IMG/VR virus record: IMGVR_UViG_3300009155_000060 | Reading direction: 5' to 3' (one strand) | DNA: 64,000 bases | DNA from: an uncultured virus (IMG/VR IMGVR_UViG_3300009155_000060) | Lineage: Duplodnaviria > Heunggongvirae > Uroviricota > Caudoviricetes | Notes under the pieces: generated by a model | Databases searched by the model: none | The model's input: only the letters and a program-made list of their open reading frames with translations | Told to the model about the DNA's origin: nothing | Translations under genes and position numbers: made by a program | Shown: positions 1 to 11,000 of the stretch, piece after piece | Numbering within the stretch: the stretch's first letter is position 1 | Layout: each line of letters opens with the position of its first letter

Positions 1-1
1 A

Positions 2-532
2 TTAGCCAAAGGACTAGCTGGTGGAGTAGGTGGGATATTAGGAGGGCTAGCCCTTAGTTCAGCATCGGATTATGCCAAAGAAAAGGGCATGGAAAAAACT
101 GGGGCAGGGCTAGACATAGCATCTAAAGCTGCCAGCTTTGCAGGAACAGGTGCTATGCTAGGCAGTGTGGTTCCTGGTTTAGGCACAGTGGTCGGAGGCG
201 GCCTAGGTGCATTAGCAGGTGGTGCTTACGGTCTTTATCAAAACTTTGGCACACTGTTCGGTAATAAGAAGCCTGAAGGCAAACCAATGACTGATGCTGC
301 TGAGAATTTTAAGGCCACAATGAACACAGAGGAAATGCAAAGACAAACCAGTCAAGCAGAACTAGACAACAAAAAATCAGAAAAATCACCAATGGAAGTC
401 ATGCAAACAGAAATACAGGCCTTGAATAAGAACATAGCAGAAATGTTGAAATACACCAAAGACATGACTGAAAACACTAAACGAACCATGGATGGCATAG
501 GAAAATTAAATCCCAATCTGTTTGCTAGATGA
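2..532 (+). CDS. 3' part of a large gene entering from the left edge; Gly/Ala-rich hydrophobic stretches then a coiled coil, tape-measure or baseplate-hub-like
   Basis: Frame is open from position 2 to the ATG at 89 and on to TGA 532. GGLGALAGGAYG-type segments are typical of tape-measure-like proteins; function is inference. Confidence 0.45.
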   Translation, partial: LAKGLAGGVGGILGGLALSSASDYAKEKGMEKTGAGLDIASKAASFAGTGAMLGSVVPGLGTVVGGGLGALAGGAYGLYQNFGTLFGNKKPEGKPMTDAAENFKATMNTEEMQRQTSQAELDNKKSEKSPMEVMQTEIQALNKNIAEMLKYTKDMTENTKRTMDGIGKLNPNLFAR

Positions 533-543
533 TTAAATACAAT

Positions 544-2271
544 ATGTCATGGAAAAAATATTTTACCCCCGTTAAGGCAACATCCGGAACACTGAGTCCG
601 GTTAGTGGTGCTACCAGTTCTCACACCAATCCTGCCCATAGAAACTACAGCAGTTATCTACCTGATGTTTATTCAGGGCACCCTAATCGTTTAGAACGGT
701 ATGGGCAATATGATACCATGGACGCAGACAGTGAAGTCAATGCTGCCTTAGATATTTTGGCAGAATTTTGCAGTCAAACCAACGAAGAAAACGGCACACC
801 ATTTCAAATAAAATTCAAAGATCCGGCTACTAATACTGAAATTAAAATTATCAAAAAGTATCTACAGCAATGGACCAAGCTGAATAAATTCCAACTGAGA
901 ATTTTTAAAATTGTACGCAACAGTTTCAAATACGGCGACTGTTTCTTTGTGAGAGATCCTGAAACACAATCATGGATGTTTGTTGATTGTGCTAAGGTAG
1001 ATAAGATTATTGTCAATGAAAGTGAAGGCAAAAAGCCTGAACAGTACATGATTAGAGATTTTAATCCTAACTTTGAAACACTGGCCACAACAGCTATTAA
1101 CCCCAGCAACGTCACAGGTGGTGGTAGCCAATACGGCGGCAGCTACGGCACAGGGCAGGGTGGTGCAGGCGGCAGTAGGGGTATGACCGGGGCCTTTCCC
1201 ACTAACATTACAGGCACAAGATTCTCAAGAACAGAAAATCAATATGTGATCCCTGCCAAGCATGTGATACACCTCAGTCTAAGCGAAGGACTAGACAATA
1301 ACTTTCCTTTTGGAACCAGTTTATTAGAAAGTATTTTCAAAGTTTATAAGCAGAAAGAACTGTTAGAAGATGCTATCATTATCTATCGTATACAACGTGC
1401 TCCGGAACGTCGTGTGTTTTATATTGATGTAGGAAACATGCCTAGTCATATCGCTATGAGCTTTGTGGAACGTGTTAAGAACGAAGTTAATCAACGCCGT
1501 ATACCTAGCATAACTGGAGGTAGTCAAAGTGTTATCGATGCTGGATACAACCCTTTGTCAATTAACGAAGACTATTTCTTCCCACAGACTGCAGAAGGAC
1601 GAGGCAGTAAGGTTGAAGTACTACCAGGTGGAACCAACCTAGGGGAAATTGACGACCTTAAGTATTTTACCAATAAGTTGTTTCGTGCTCTACGGATTCC
1701 TAGCAGTTACCTCCCTACTGGTCCTGACGATGGAGGAAGTAATTTCAATGATGGAAGAGTTGGAACCGCCTACATCCAAGAATTGAGATTTAACAAATAC
1801 TGCGAAAGATTGCAAAGCCTAATGAATGATCAATTTGACACAGAATTTAAATTTTATCTGCATAATGAAGGCATTAACATAGATATGAATTTGTTCGATC
1901 TCAAATTTAATCCTCCACAGAATTTTGCCAGCTATAGGCAAGCAGAAATGGACACGGCTCGAGTTAATACATTTAATACTATGGTAGCAATACCTTTTGT
2001 CAGCAAGAGATTTGCTATGAAACGATTCCTTGGTATGACTGCTGAAGAAGTGGCAGAAAACGAAACCATGTGGCGTGAAGAAAATGTGGATGAAGGAGCA
2101 GAACTACCTGCAACCGCCGAGTTGCGAAGCGTAGGAGTTACCTCTGCAGGTATAGGATCCGATCTGTCAGCAATAGGTGGTGCAACAACTCCTCCACCTC
2201 CCACAGAACCTGGAGAAGAAGCTGCACCAGCTGGTGGTGCTGCACCAGCCGAGACCGCTCCACCAGCATAA
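544..2271 (+). CDS. gp20: T4-like portal vertex protein
   Basis: Motifs LEDAIIIYRIQRAPERRVFYIDVGN, EDYFFP, LPGGTNLGEIDDLKYF and ELRFNKYCERLQ. Start moved to ATG 544, which follows TAAATA at 534-539. Confidence 0.95.
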   Translation: MSWKKYFTPVKATSGTLSPVSGATSSHTNPAHRNYSSYLPDVYSGHPNRLERYGQYDTMDADSEVNAALDILAEFCSQTNEENGTPFQIKFKDPATNTEIKIIKKYLQQWTKLNKFQLRIFKIVRNSFKYGDCFFVRDPETQSWMFVDCAKVDKIIVNESEGKKPEQYMIRDFNPNFETLATTAINPSNVTGGGSQYGGSYGTGQGGAGGSRGMTGAFPTNITGTRFSRTENQYVIPAKHVIHLSLSEGLDNNFPFGTSLLESIFKVYKQKELLEDAIIIYRIQRAPERRVFYIDVGNMPSHIAMSFVERVKNEVNQRRIPSITGGSQSVIDAGYNPLSINEDYFFPQTAEGRGSKVEVLPGGTNLGEIDDLKYFTNKLFRALRIPSSYLPTGPDDGGSNFNDGRVGTAYIQELRFNKYCERLQSLMNDQFDTEFKFYLHNEGINIDMNLFDLKFNPPQNFASYRQAEMDTARVNTFNTMVAIPFVSKRFAMKRFLGMTAEEVAENETMWREENVDEGAELPATAELRSVGVTSAGIGSDLSAIGGATTPPPPTEPGEEAAPAGGAAPAETAPPA

Positions 2272-2279
2272 ATATTCAT

Positions 2280-2522
2280 ATGATACTGAGAGAATTTATC
2301 TATTTCGATCGTAAAAAGTCAGAGATGACAGATGATCTACGCTATAATAGTGACCGTGATACCAACATATTAAATCCAGATGATTTAAGAAAGACCAGAT
2401 TGACCTTGAGCATGATCAATGATCTACGCAAGGCAGGTGAGGCTAGAGAAAAAGAGCGTCGTGAAGAACTAGGATTGGTACGAAAAATGTATGCTGCACC
2501 ACCTCCTGAGGCTGCTGCCTAA
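2280..2522 (+). CDS. Small hypothetical protein of the head module
   Basis: 80-aa ORF between portal and core genes, preceded by TAAATA-N5-ATG. Confidence 0.7.
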   Translation: MILREFIYFDRKKSEMTDDLRYNSDRDTNILNPDDLRKTRLTLSMINDLRKAGEAREKERREELGLVRKMYAAPPPEAAA

Positions 2523-2701
2523 TAACTGACCAGTTAATTGCTGTTTCTCTAAAATAAATAATTCTGTAGAAATAATTGTTCTACTAAAAATCTCCTAAAT
2601 TGCCAAAATTGTTAAATTTTGGCCTATTTCCTACATCATTCGTAACAATGCTGTAAATAACAGCACAGCCTTGCCGCTACCCTATAAGGAGATTAACCGC
2701 T

Positions 2702-3655
2702 ATGTCTACTAAGTTTGAACAACTATTAGACTTTATTGTCAATGAAGAAATGGACAAAGCCAATGAGCTTTTCCATGAAATTGTTGTAGAAAAGTCAAGA
2801 GAAATTTATGAGAACCTCATTGCTGATGAGGAAATGGAAGAAAGTACCGACGATGAAGTCGACGAAGGTGCTATGGACGATGAAGTTGATGAAGGTCACG
2901 AAGAACTAGAAGATAGTTACATGATGTCCGACGAAGAGGAAGAAATGGGTCCTCCAGAAGAGACCGGTGATTTTGGTGACGACATCGGTGCTATGGGCGA
3001 TGAAGAAGGCCCAGATGAGCACGCCAGTCCTGAAGAAAAAGTTAGATTCAGTATTCAACAGGCTATGGACGAACTGCAGGCTGCATTTGACGCCGCTGAT
3101 GATTTAGGCGGTGGTGGCGATGAGTTCGGTGACGAAGAAGGTGGTGACGAGTTCGGTGACGAAGAAGAAACTGACGAAATGATGGGTGTTTTTGAAGGCC
3201 GTCGTTTACGTGAGTACACTGAAAAAGTTGGTAACGACTGGGAAGGCAACAGCCAAAAAACACAAGGTCAAAATGCAGGTGCCGGCACTGGCGACAAAGA
3301 AAGTGCTCCAGTGACAGGTCATAGTCCTATCAATCGTAAAGCTGACAGTGAAAAGCCTACCAGCACAGCCAACGCCAAGAACATTGGCCAAGGATACCAT
3401 GAAGGACAGAAAGACACAGGTACAAGCCCTAACAAAGTAAACAACGGTATTGCAAAAACTGCCGGTGAAAAATTTGACAAAGGCCAAGGAAATGTTCCAG
3501 GTGGAAAAATGGGTATTAAGAACCTAAAACAAGTTGGCGAGTATGGTAAAGGTGAGCAGACCAGTCCTAAAGGTTTAAACGCCGGTGCTCGTACTGGTCA
3601 AAATGACAATCAAGGCGAAACCAATACTCGGTCAGTTGTAGATCGAAAGTATTAA
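2702..3655 (+). CDS. Acidic prohead core protein (gp67/gp68-like position)
   Basis: Very Asp/Glu-rich N-half and Gly/Lys-rich C-half; SD AAGGAG; lies between portal and protease. Confidence 0.65.
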   Translation: MSTKFEQLLDFIVNEEMDKANELFHEIVVEKSREIYENLIADEEMEESTDDEVDEGAMDDEVDEGHEELEDSYMMSDEEEEMGPPEETGDFGDDIGAMGDEEGPDEHASPEEKVRFSIQQAMDELQAAFDAADDLGGGGDEFGDEEGGDEFGDEEETDEMMGVFEGRRLREYTEKVGNDWEGNSQKTQGQNAGAGTGDKESAPVTGHSPINRKADSEKPTSTANAKNIGQGYHEGQKDTGTSPNKVNNGIAKTAGEKFDKGQGNVPGGKMGIKNLKQVGEYGKGEQTSPKGLNAGARTGQNDNQGETNTRSVVDRKY

Positions 3656-3668
3656 TTAGAGACCAGGG

Positions 3669-4298
3669 ATGAAACTAAGTTATCTAAGAGAACATCTAAG
3701 TTTTGATCAATCAGGGATCGTCTTAGAATCCGACGACAAGGATGGCAAAAATCTTTACCTAAAAGGTATTGCTATCCAAGGCGGGATTCGTAACGCCAAT
3801 CAACGAGTCTATCCAACAGATGAAATTGAACGTGCTGTTAAGACCTTGAACGACCAAATACAAAGTGGATACAGTGTTTTAGGTGAAGTAGATCATCCCG
3901 ATGATTTAAAAGTTAATTTGGACCGCGTCAGTCACATGATCACACAAATGTGGATGGAAGGTCCAAACGGATATGGAAAGATGAAAATCCTTCCTACACC
4001 AATGGGCAATTTAATTCGAACCATGCTTGAAAGCGGGGTAAAACTCGGAGTCAGTAGTAGAGGCAGCGGTAACGTTGATGATATGAGCGGCAAGGTCAGC
4101 GAGTTTGAAATTATTACCGTAGATATAGTTGCCCAACCCAGTGCCCCTGGAGCATATCCTACTCCTGTTTACGAACATTTAATGAATGCTCGTGGCGGGA
4201 ATAGAGCATTCAAGGTAGCACAAGAAGTCAAAGAAGATCCAAAGGCCCAGAAATATCTGAAAGAATCCCTCTTGCAGATTATTAAAGGTCTAAAATAA
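3669..4298 (+). CDS. gp21: Prohead core protease
   Basis: Motifs NANQRVYP, LGEVDHP, RVSHMI, LGVSSRGSG and DIVAQPSAPGAY. Confidence 0.95.
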   Translation: MKLSYLREHLSFDQSGIVLESDDKDGKNLYLKGIAIQGGIRNANQRVYPTDEIERAVKTLNDQIQSGYSVLGEVDHPDDLKVNLDRVSHMITQMWMEGPNGYGKMKILPTPMGNLIRTMLESGVKLGVSSRGSGNVDDMSGKVSEFEIITVDIVAQPSAPGAYPTPVYEHLMNARGGNRAFKVAQEVKEDPKAQKYLKESLLQIIKGLK

Positions 4299-4317
4299 GC
4301 CCGAGGAGAAAAAGCAA

Positions 4318-5400
4318 ATGGACGCATTCAAACAATTGGTCGAAAGCGGAGTAATGTCAGAGGACACTCGTTCTGTGATTGAAACCGCATTCGCTCAAAA
4401 GATTCAAGAGAATCGCGACCAAGTCACCGCTGAACTTCGTGAAGAATTTGCACAGAAGTATACACATGACAAACAAGTCATGGTAGAAGCAATCGACAAG
4501 ATGTTAAGCGACAGATTGGCCGCCGAAATGGCCGAATTGTACGAAGACAAAAAAGCTCTAGCAGAAACAAAAGCAGCATATAAACAGAAAATTTCTGAAG
4601 ATGCTAAAAAGCTAGAAGGGTTTGTTATTCGTCAATTAGGTAAAGAATTAGTAGAGTTCCAAGGAGATCGTCAAAAGGTTTCTGAGAACTTTTCTAAACT
4701 AGAGCAGTTTATAGTACATGCTCTAGCTAAAGAGATCAACGAATTTGCTATTGATAAACGTAATCTAGCTGAAACCAAAGTCAAGCTAGTTCGTGATGCA
4801 AGATCTAAATTTGAGGATATCAAACAAAACTTCATTAGTCAGAGTGCTAAAGTGGTTGAAAGTGTGATCACTAAAAAACTGTCTTCCGAAATTACACAAT
4901 TAAAAGAAGATATCGAAAGTGCTCGCAACAACAGCTTTGGTCGCAAGATCTATGAAGCGTTTGCACAAGAATACGCAGGTTCTTACTTGAATGAAAAATC
5001 TGAAACAAGTAAATTGTTAAAGATTCTTACCAAGAAAGATCTACAACTTGCGGAAGCAGCAAAAGCCGTAGCTGAAAAAACTGCTATCGTTGAAACCAAA
5101 GAACGCGAACTTCGTGTTACTAAAGATTTAATGGAGCGTAAGCAGGTTATGGCAGAACTATTGGCACCTTTAGGTGCCGACAAGCGACAGCTAATGCAAC
5201 AACTTCTTGAGTCAGTTCAGACCAAGAAACTTGCTGATGCTTATGATAAATACCTACCAACAGTAATGGAAGGCGAGAAGAGAAAAGTAGCGAAACCTAC
5301 TTTGACAGAAAGCACCGAAGTGACTGGAAATCGAGAACAAAAGCCCGAGGTAGGCTTAGACAATATTATAGATATCCGCAAACTAGCGGGTCTAAAATAA
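4318..5400 (+). CDS. gp22: Prohead core scaffold protein
   Basis: Coiled-coil, charged 360-aa ORF between gp21 and gp23; FGRKIYEAFAQEY motif; SD GAGGAG. Confidence 0.85.
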   Translation: MDAFKQLVESGVMSEDTRSVIETAFAQKIQENRDQVTAELREEFAQKYTHDKQVMVEAIDKMLSDRLAAEMAELYEDKKALAETKAAYKQKISEDAKKLEGFVIRQLGKELVEFQGDRQKVSENFSKLEQFIVHALAKEINEFAIDKRNLAETKVKLVRDARSKFEDIKQNFISQSAKVVESVITKKLSSEITQLKEDIESARNNSFGRKIYEAFAQEYAGSYLNEKSETSKLLKILTKKDLQLAEAAKAVAEKTAIVETKERELRVTKDLMERKQVMAELLAPLGADKRQLMQQLLESVQTKKLADAYDKYLPTVMEGEKRKVAKPTLTESTEVTGNREQKPEVGLDNIIDIRKLAGLK

Positions 5401-5419
5401 AACATTCAAGGAGACATAA

Positions 5420-6595
5420 ATGTCAAAACTTTTAAATGAAAGATGGTCCGAGACCAAAGAAGCTCTGCTTGAAGGCCTACAAGGTAACCGTCGTGCAAGT
5501 ATGGGTGTTTGCCTAGAAAATACACGCCGTTTTTTGGCTGAAGCAGCAACCGCAGGTTCAACAAGTGCTGGTAACGTTGCTACACTTAACCGTGTAATTC
5601 TTCCAGTTATTCGTCGAGTTATGCCCACTGTGATCGCTAACGAAATCATTGGCGTTCAGCCAATGACAGGTCCAGTTGGTCAGATCCATACTCTACGTGT
5701 TCGTTATGCTGATTCCGGTGACAACGTGGTAGCAGGTGAAGAGGCTCTAAGCCCATTCAAGATTGCTGCTGCTTATTCCGGTGGTAACGTTGATGCAACA
5801 CCTAAAGCAGGTCTTACATCATTCCTAGAGGGTACACCTGGTAAGCGTATGAGCATCCAGATCCTCAAGACTCCAGTTGAAGCTAAGAGCCGCAAGCTAT
5901 CAGCTCGTTGGACATTTGAGGCCGCTCAGGATGCACAAGCTCAGCAGGGTATCGATATCGAAGCTGAAATCATGGCTGCTCTAGCCCAGGAAATCACAGC
6001 TGAGATTGATCAAGAGATCCTAGCTAGCCTACGTGGACTAGCCAGTGTTGAGGAGACCTATGACCAGTCATTGGTTAGTGGTACAGCAACATTTGTTGGT
6101 GACGAGCATGCCGCTCTAGCTATCCAAATCAACCGTGTCAGCAACTTGATTGCTCAGCGTACACGCCGTGGTGCTGGTAACTGGGCAGTTGTTTCTAACC
6201 AGGCTCTAACAATCCTACAGAGTGCTACTACAAGTGCTTTCGCTCGTACCACTGAAGGTACATTCGAAGCACCTACAAACACCAAGTTTGTTGGTACACT
6301 AAACGGTGCAATGCGTATCTATGTTGACGCTTATCTAAGCGACACATCTGACTCCAATCAAGTTCTAGTTGGATACAAAGGTTCTAGCGAGGCAGATGCT
6401 GCCGCGTTCTATTGCCCATATATCCCTCTAATGAGCTCTGGGGTTGTACTTGATCCAGCTACCTTCGAACCAGTCGTTGGTTTCTTAACACGCTACGGCT
6501 ATGTTGAGCTTTCCAATACTGCAAGTTCGCTAGGTAACGCCGCTGACTACTTAGGAAAAGTTTCGATCACATCCGCAAACGTTTCTTTCAAGTAA
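5420..6595 (+). CDS. gp23: Major capsid protein
   Basis: Motifs IIGVQPMTGPVGQI, AKSRKLSARWTFEAAQD, EITAEIDQEI, AFYCPYIPL and FLTRYG; SD AAGGAG; strongly biased codon usage. Confidence 0.97.
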   Translation: MSKLLNERWSETKEALLEGLQGNRRASMGVCLENTRRFLAEAATAGSTSAGNVATLNRVILPVIRRVMPTVIANEIIGVQPMTGPVGQIHTLRVRYADSGDNVVAGEEALSPFKIAAAYSGGNVDATPKAGLTSFLEGTPGKRMSIQILKTPVEAKSRKLSARWTFEAAQDAQAQQGIDIEAEIMAALAQEITAEIDQEILASLRGLASVEETYDQSLVSGTATFVGDEHAALAIQINRVSNLIAQRTRRGAGNWAVVSNQALTILQSATTSAFARTTEGTFEAPTNTKFVGTLNGAMRIYVDAYLSDTSDSNQVLVGYKGSSEADAAAFYCPYIPLMSSGVVLDPATFEPVVGFLTRYGYVELSNTASSLGNAADYLGKVSITSANVSFK

Positions 6596-6623
6596 TCAAA
6601 CAGCAACACACTGCAACAAACAG

Positions 6624-6647
6624 AAAACGCCCTACGGGGCGTTTTTT
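6624..6647 (+). terminator. Intrinsic terminator after gp23
   Basis: AAAACGCCC-TACG-GGGCGTTTTTT hairpin with U-tract. Confidence 0.9.
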
Positions 6648-6658
6648 GTTGACTATAA

Positions 6659-6666
6659 TATAAATA
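6659..6666 (+). promoter_or_regulatory. T4-type late promoter TATAAATA
   Basis: Exact match to the T4 late consensus, just after the terminator. Confidence 0.8.
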
Positions 6667-6752
6667 GTTTGTATGATTTACATAGGGTAAATTTTATGCA
6701 GAAATCCAACTGCGTACGGCCTAGAACGCCGTAATTTTTCAAGGAGAAAAAA

Positions 6753-7442
6753 ATGGGACGTCCGATTAAGAAAAAGTTTTTTGGTAATACAAATCCACCA
6801 GGCTATGGATCTGAACAGCTAGGTAGTGGTGTAGGTGGAGAAGGTGTATCTAGCGTTACTGTAGGTACAGGTGGATCAGCACCAACATCGACACTGACAG
6901 TAACAGTAAGTTTTACTGCTCCTAGCATTGCAGGGGGTGTTACAGCTACTGGTATCCCTGTAAAAACAGGTAACACAGTTACCAGCGTTACTATAACTGA
7001 AGCTGGTAGTGGATATACATCAGCACCTACGGTAACGTTTACTGGTACTACTATGACTGTGCAAGGGTCTGGTACTGCTGTATTGACCAGCTCAAGACAA
7101 GATGCTATCACAATTATCTCTTATCTAAGCACAGCAAGTCAGTCGAGAACTAACGGTGATATCATCAAGCAAGAATCCAGTCGTCGTTATTTGGTTCAGA
7201 ACCAAGACGGTCGTGGAATTTGCAAATTGACCACTGGTACACTAACTGGTGGATTTATGCATATTATTGCTACAGAATGGAATAGTAGCACGTACTATGT
7301 GACCAAGTTGACAACCAACAAGGCAACCTTGTATCAACGTAGTTCTACAGGTACTGGTTACACATATGCCACTGGTGCTGTTGCAAAATGGACCATCGGT
7401 AACGCTACAGGTACCGTAGTTTCATTGAATCATACAATTTAA
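6753..7442 (+). CDS. Putative virion structural protein (Thr/Gly-rich beta domain)
   Basis: 229 aa; GSGYTSAPTVTF motif common in phage structural proteins; SD AAGGAG; late promoter upstream. Confidence 0.65.
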   Translation: MGRPIKKKFFGNTNPPGYGSEQLGSGVGGEGVSSVTVGTGGSAPTSTLTVTVSFTAPSIAGGVTATGIPVKTGNTVTSVTITEAGSGYTSAPTVTFTGTTMTVQGSGTAVLTSSRQDAITIISYLSTASQSRTNGDIIKQESSRRYLVQNQDGRGICKLTTGTLTGGFMHIIATEWNSSTYYVTKLTTNKATLYQRSSTGTGYTYATGAVAKWTIGNATGTVVSLNHTI

Positions 7443-7458
7443 TTGTAGATACATCTTG

Positions 7459-7488
7459 AAAATAAGGGGCAAATCAGCCCCTTATTTT
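7459..7488. terminator. Bidirectional-type intrinsic terminator
   Basis: Perfect 12-bp stem AAAATAAGGGGC-aaatca-GCCCCTTATTTT. Confidence 0.8.
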
Positions 7489-7504
7489 ATAGATAAATAC
7501 GGGC

Positions 7505-8023
7505 ATGGCTACTAACTGGGCATTACCTTCCTCCATTGAACAGTATTCTGAAGATCAAGCAGAAAATATTCATATCACTTGGACAGGAGATTTTAATAAT
7601 CTAACCAGATCAATTGGTAGAAGCATTAAAACTTCTAAGGATCTATTACACATAGCAAGAGATCCTCGCCATGATATAGTTGATAAAACTTATTATCTGC
7701 GAGTCACAAATTTTAATTTCAACTATATCCCCAATGTTGTCTCTGGTATAGAGGTCAGATTATCTACTAATAGATATGGCAGGATCACTGATGATACTGT
7801 TCAGTTATGCCTAAACAATGATCTAATAGGTGACAATCAAGCTACCTTAGATCTATCTCCGATCAAAATATATGGCGGTGAAGATGTTCTGTGGAATGCC
7901 GCATTATCTAAAGAAAATCTTCAAAATTCTTCCTTTGGACTGACATTGAGATTTAAAAGTCACCCTAGTTGGCCACATAAGTGCAGTATGTTGATTAGTG
8001 CTATAGAAATAAGAGTCCATTAA
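7505..8023 (+). CDS. Hypothetical late protein
   Basis: 172-aa ORF with TAAATA-N5-ATG. Confidence 0.65.
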   Translation: MATNWALPSSIEQYSEDQAENIHITWTGDFNNLTRSIGRSIKTSKDLLHIARDPRHDIVDKTYYLRVTNFNFNYIPNVVSGIEVRLSTNRYGRITDDTVQLCLNNDLIGDNQATLDLSPIKIYGGEDVLWNAALSKENLQNSSFGLTLRFKSHPSWPHKCSMLISAIEIRVH

Positions 8024-8050
8024 AAATAAATACATTGAAGGAATAATTAA

Positions 8051-11000
8051 ATGGCTACTAATGTACTAAATTTACCCGGCGACTACCAAATAAAGGCATC
8101 AAATGGATCTATTCTTGCTGTTGCCGGTGCAGATATTACAAATCAAGCCGGTGCAAATATCTTAAATCAAGCCGCGGCAAATATTACAAATCGGGCCGCG
8201 GCAGAAGTAGGTGTCATTGCTGGTACAAACATAAAAAATCAAGCCGCTGGATACATATTATTTAATGCTCCAGAAACTAGATTAGGCCTTAATAACAGTC
8301 AAGATATTGCAGCTAACGGTCGATTTATTACAGATCTTATTGCTAAAACTGATAATGCCTATGACTTAGGTAGCACCGGGGTTCAATGGCGTAAATTGCA
8401 CATCGAACAAGGAAAGTTTTACAGCGGTCAAAACGTAGGAAACAATTATAATATCACTGGTGCTGATCAACCAGCATTTGATTGGCCTGATCAAGGTCAG
8501 CATTATAGTACTACAGCACAAAGAGAACTAGCTTCTGTATACATGACTGGTGGTGTAGGTATAGAAAAAGATCTAGCCGTCGGAGGATTTATTTACGGTA
8601 GAATATCAGAAGCCTTAACTGCAACGACTTCTACGCAACTACTGGTACTACCTAACAATGATGATAATTTTTACTATCCTACATTTATTAAAACGCCCGG
8701 CCGTGGTCAAGTATTATTAGATGATACTGGGATTAATGGCGGATTAACCTATAATCCTTCGCAAGGTAAACTGATCATAGACAGAGGATTAGTAGGAGCA
8801 AGTGATCAATCTACTAGTACCACTACTGGTGCATTAGTTGTTGGCGGGGGAGTAGGGATAGGTGGCAATGCATACATAGGAGGAAGTGTTTTACCTTCTG
8901 TAGCCAGTACCAGTACGATCGGTCAACAAGATCTTGAATGGGCCTCAGGATATGTTAATAATTTATACAGTAAATTTATAGGCAGTACGGCCAGTAGTTT
9001 AACCCTTGCACCTGGTGCAAAAATGACTGATATTTTTGGCGATATTCGGGTAAGAGGTACTAATCCTATAGGAACTGCACCTGTTGTTACAAATACACTT
9101 TATGTTACAGTTGACGGTGATGATACTAATGATGGGCGTGCCATGGATGCTAGTCGTGCTTGTCGAACCATCGGAGGAGCAATAAACAGTCCCTACTATC
9201 AACCAGGTACGCAGATCCTAGTCAGTGCAGGGTTATATTTAGAAGACAATCCTTTACAACTAAAACCTTATACCAGTGTTAGGGGTAGTGATATTCGTAC
9301 TACCTTTATTGAACCTATTAACAAAACACAAGATCTATTTCATTTAGATAGTGGATGCTATCTAAACTACATGACGTTTCTCAATGGTCGAAGTGGTCTA
9401 TTAGACGGAGATTATGCTTCTGGATTTAATCGGGGTGCTTATGCTACAGCGTTCCCTACACTATCAGGGACCGATCGAATAAATCTATATCATTCTCCCT
9501 ACACTCAAAACTGTACCAATCAAAGCGGACCATGGTTACGAGATGGCACCATGTTTGTGCCCAATCAAACAGTACAGGTTCCTGCCGCGGTAGGCACAGG
9601 TACCTGGGCAGCTAATACTACTAGTATCATAATTACTGTCAGCACCGGAACTATTCTAAGAGGTATGAGCATAAATGCAGGACAACAAAACCCTGGATTT
9701 TTTAATGCTCGTACATTGCTACTGGCCAATAAACCTTACTTACAAGAGCAGGTTGTAGCCTATATTAATAGACAAGTTACTACGGCAACAGTCGGCAGCA
9801 TTTGGTATAATTTTACATATAATCAACAAAAATGTTACAGAGATGTTGGTATTTTAGTGGAAAATACAGCATATGATGCTGCATTTGGCGGAAATGAAAA
9901 ATCAGTTGAGAGCGGGCTAGCCTATTATAATGGAGTAGTCAGTTTAATCGCTGGACAAGAATCACAAACAACTGCTGCTATTCAGTATTTGCGAGATCGC
10001 AGCTTACAAGTAATCACAAATACAACCTGTACCAGTACCACATCTACTGGTGTAGTTAACAAGCAGGTCATTAATTGGGTATTAACAGGCGGATCAATTT
10101 CCACTGCCAGTATAAGAAGTTTATATGGAATTGTTACAGCAACGATAGCAAGTCCGTCTAATTCTCCTGCAGTTTATAAAAGCACAGGGCCCGATGCTGC
10201 CTTTGTCAGTGCTGAAATATTAATGCAGGCCAACAGAACATTTATTCAAGAAAATACCTTAAATTATATTAATAATAATCTCTGTTTTCCCCCTAAAAAT
10301 CTCAAATATAATAAAGTTAAATGTTATCGAGATGTAGGATTAATTGTAGACAGCATTGCCTTAGACATGTTGTATCCTACAGCAGGACATAGCCAATCAA
10401 CATTTGCAGGTCTACAATATTTTAATCAATCTAGTTATGTAAGTCTTGTTAACACACAAATAACTACAACCACAGCGGCTATTAGTTATCTAAAAGATTT
10501 GGCCATTAAGATTATTCAAAATATAACTCCGGCTGATGATCTTATTCCACGTTTCACAGCGACAACACAGATCACAAATCTTGAACCAGCCAGTGCAGAT
10601 GAAGTAGTAGGCATTACTGAAAAATTTAATACTATATTAGATATTTTAGGAGGTGATTATCTAGGATGGAGTGATAGAATTGTCAGTAACGGACAATCAA
10701 GTAATTTATTCGGAGTTAGAAATGCATTGGCCTTGCTAAGAGCTAATAAAGAAAACGGATATTTTGGCGACGAAGTTGTGGCTTATGTAAACTCACAGTA
10801 TCCTGCTTTTTTCACCAGTTATAGTGCTATTGCATTTAAACGAGATATTGGATATATTATCGACAGTGTGGCCTTTGATTTATCCCACGGAGGCAACAGA
10901 CAAAGTGTACAATCTGGATTAAGCTATTATAATTACAGTGCCACACGTAATATACGAGACAGTGAGAGAGCTGCTACTACTGCATCATTTGCCTACATAG

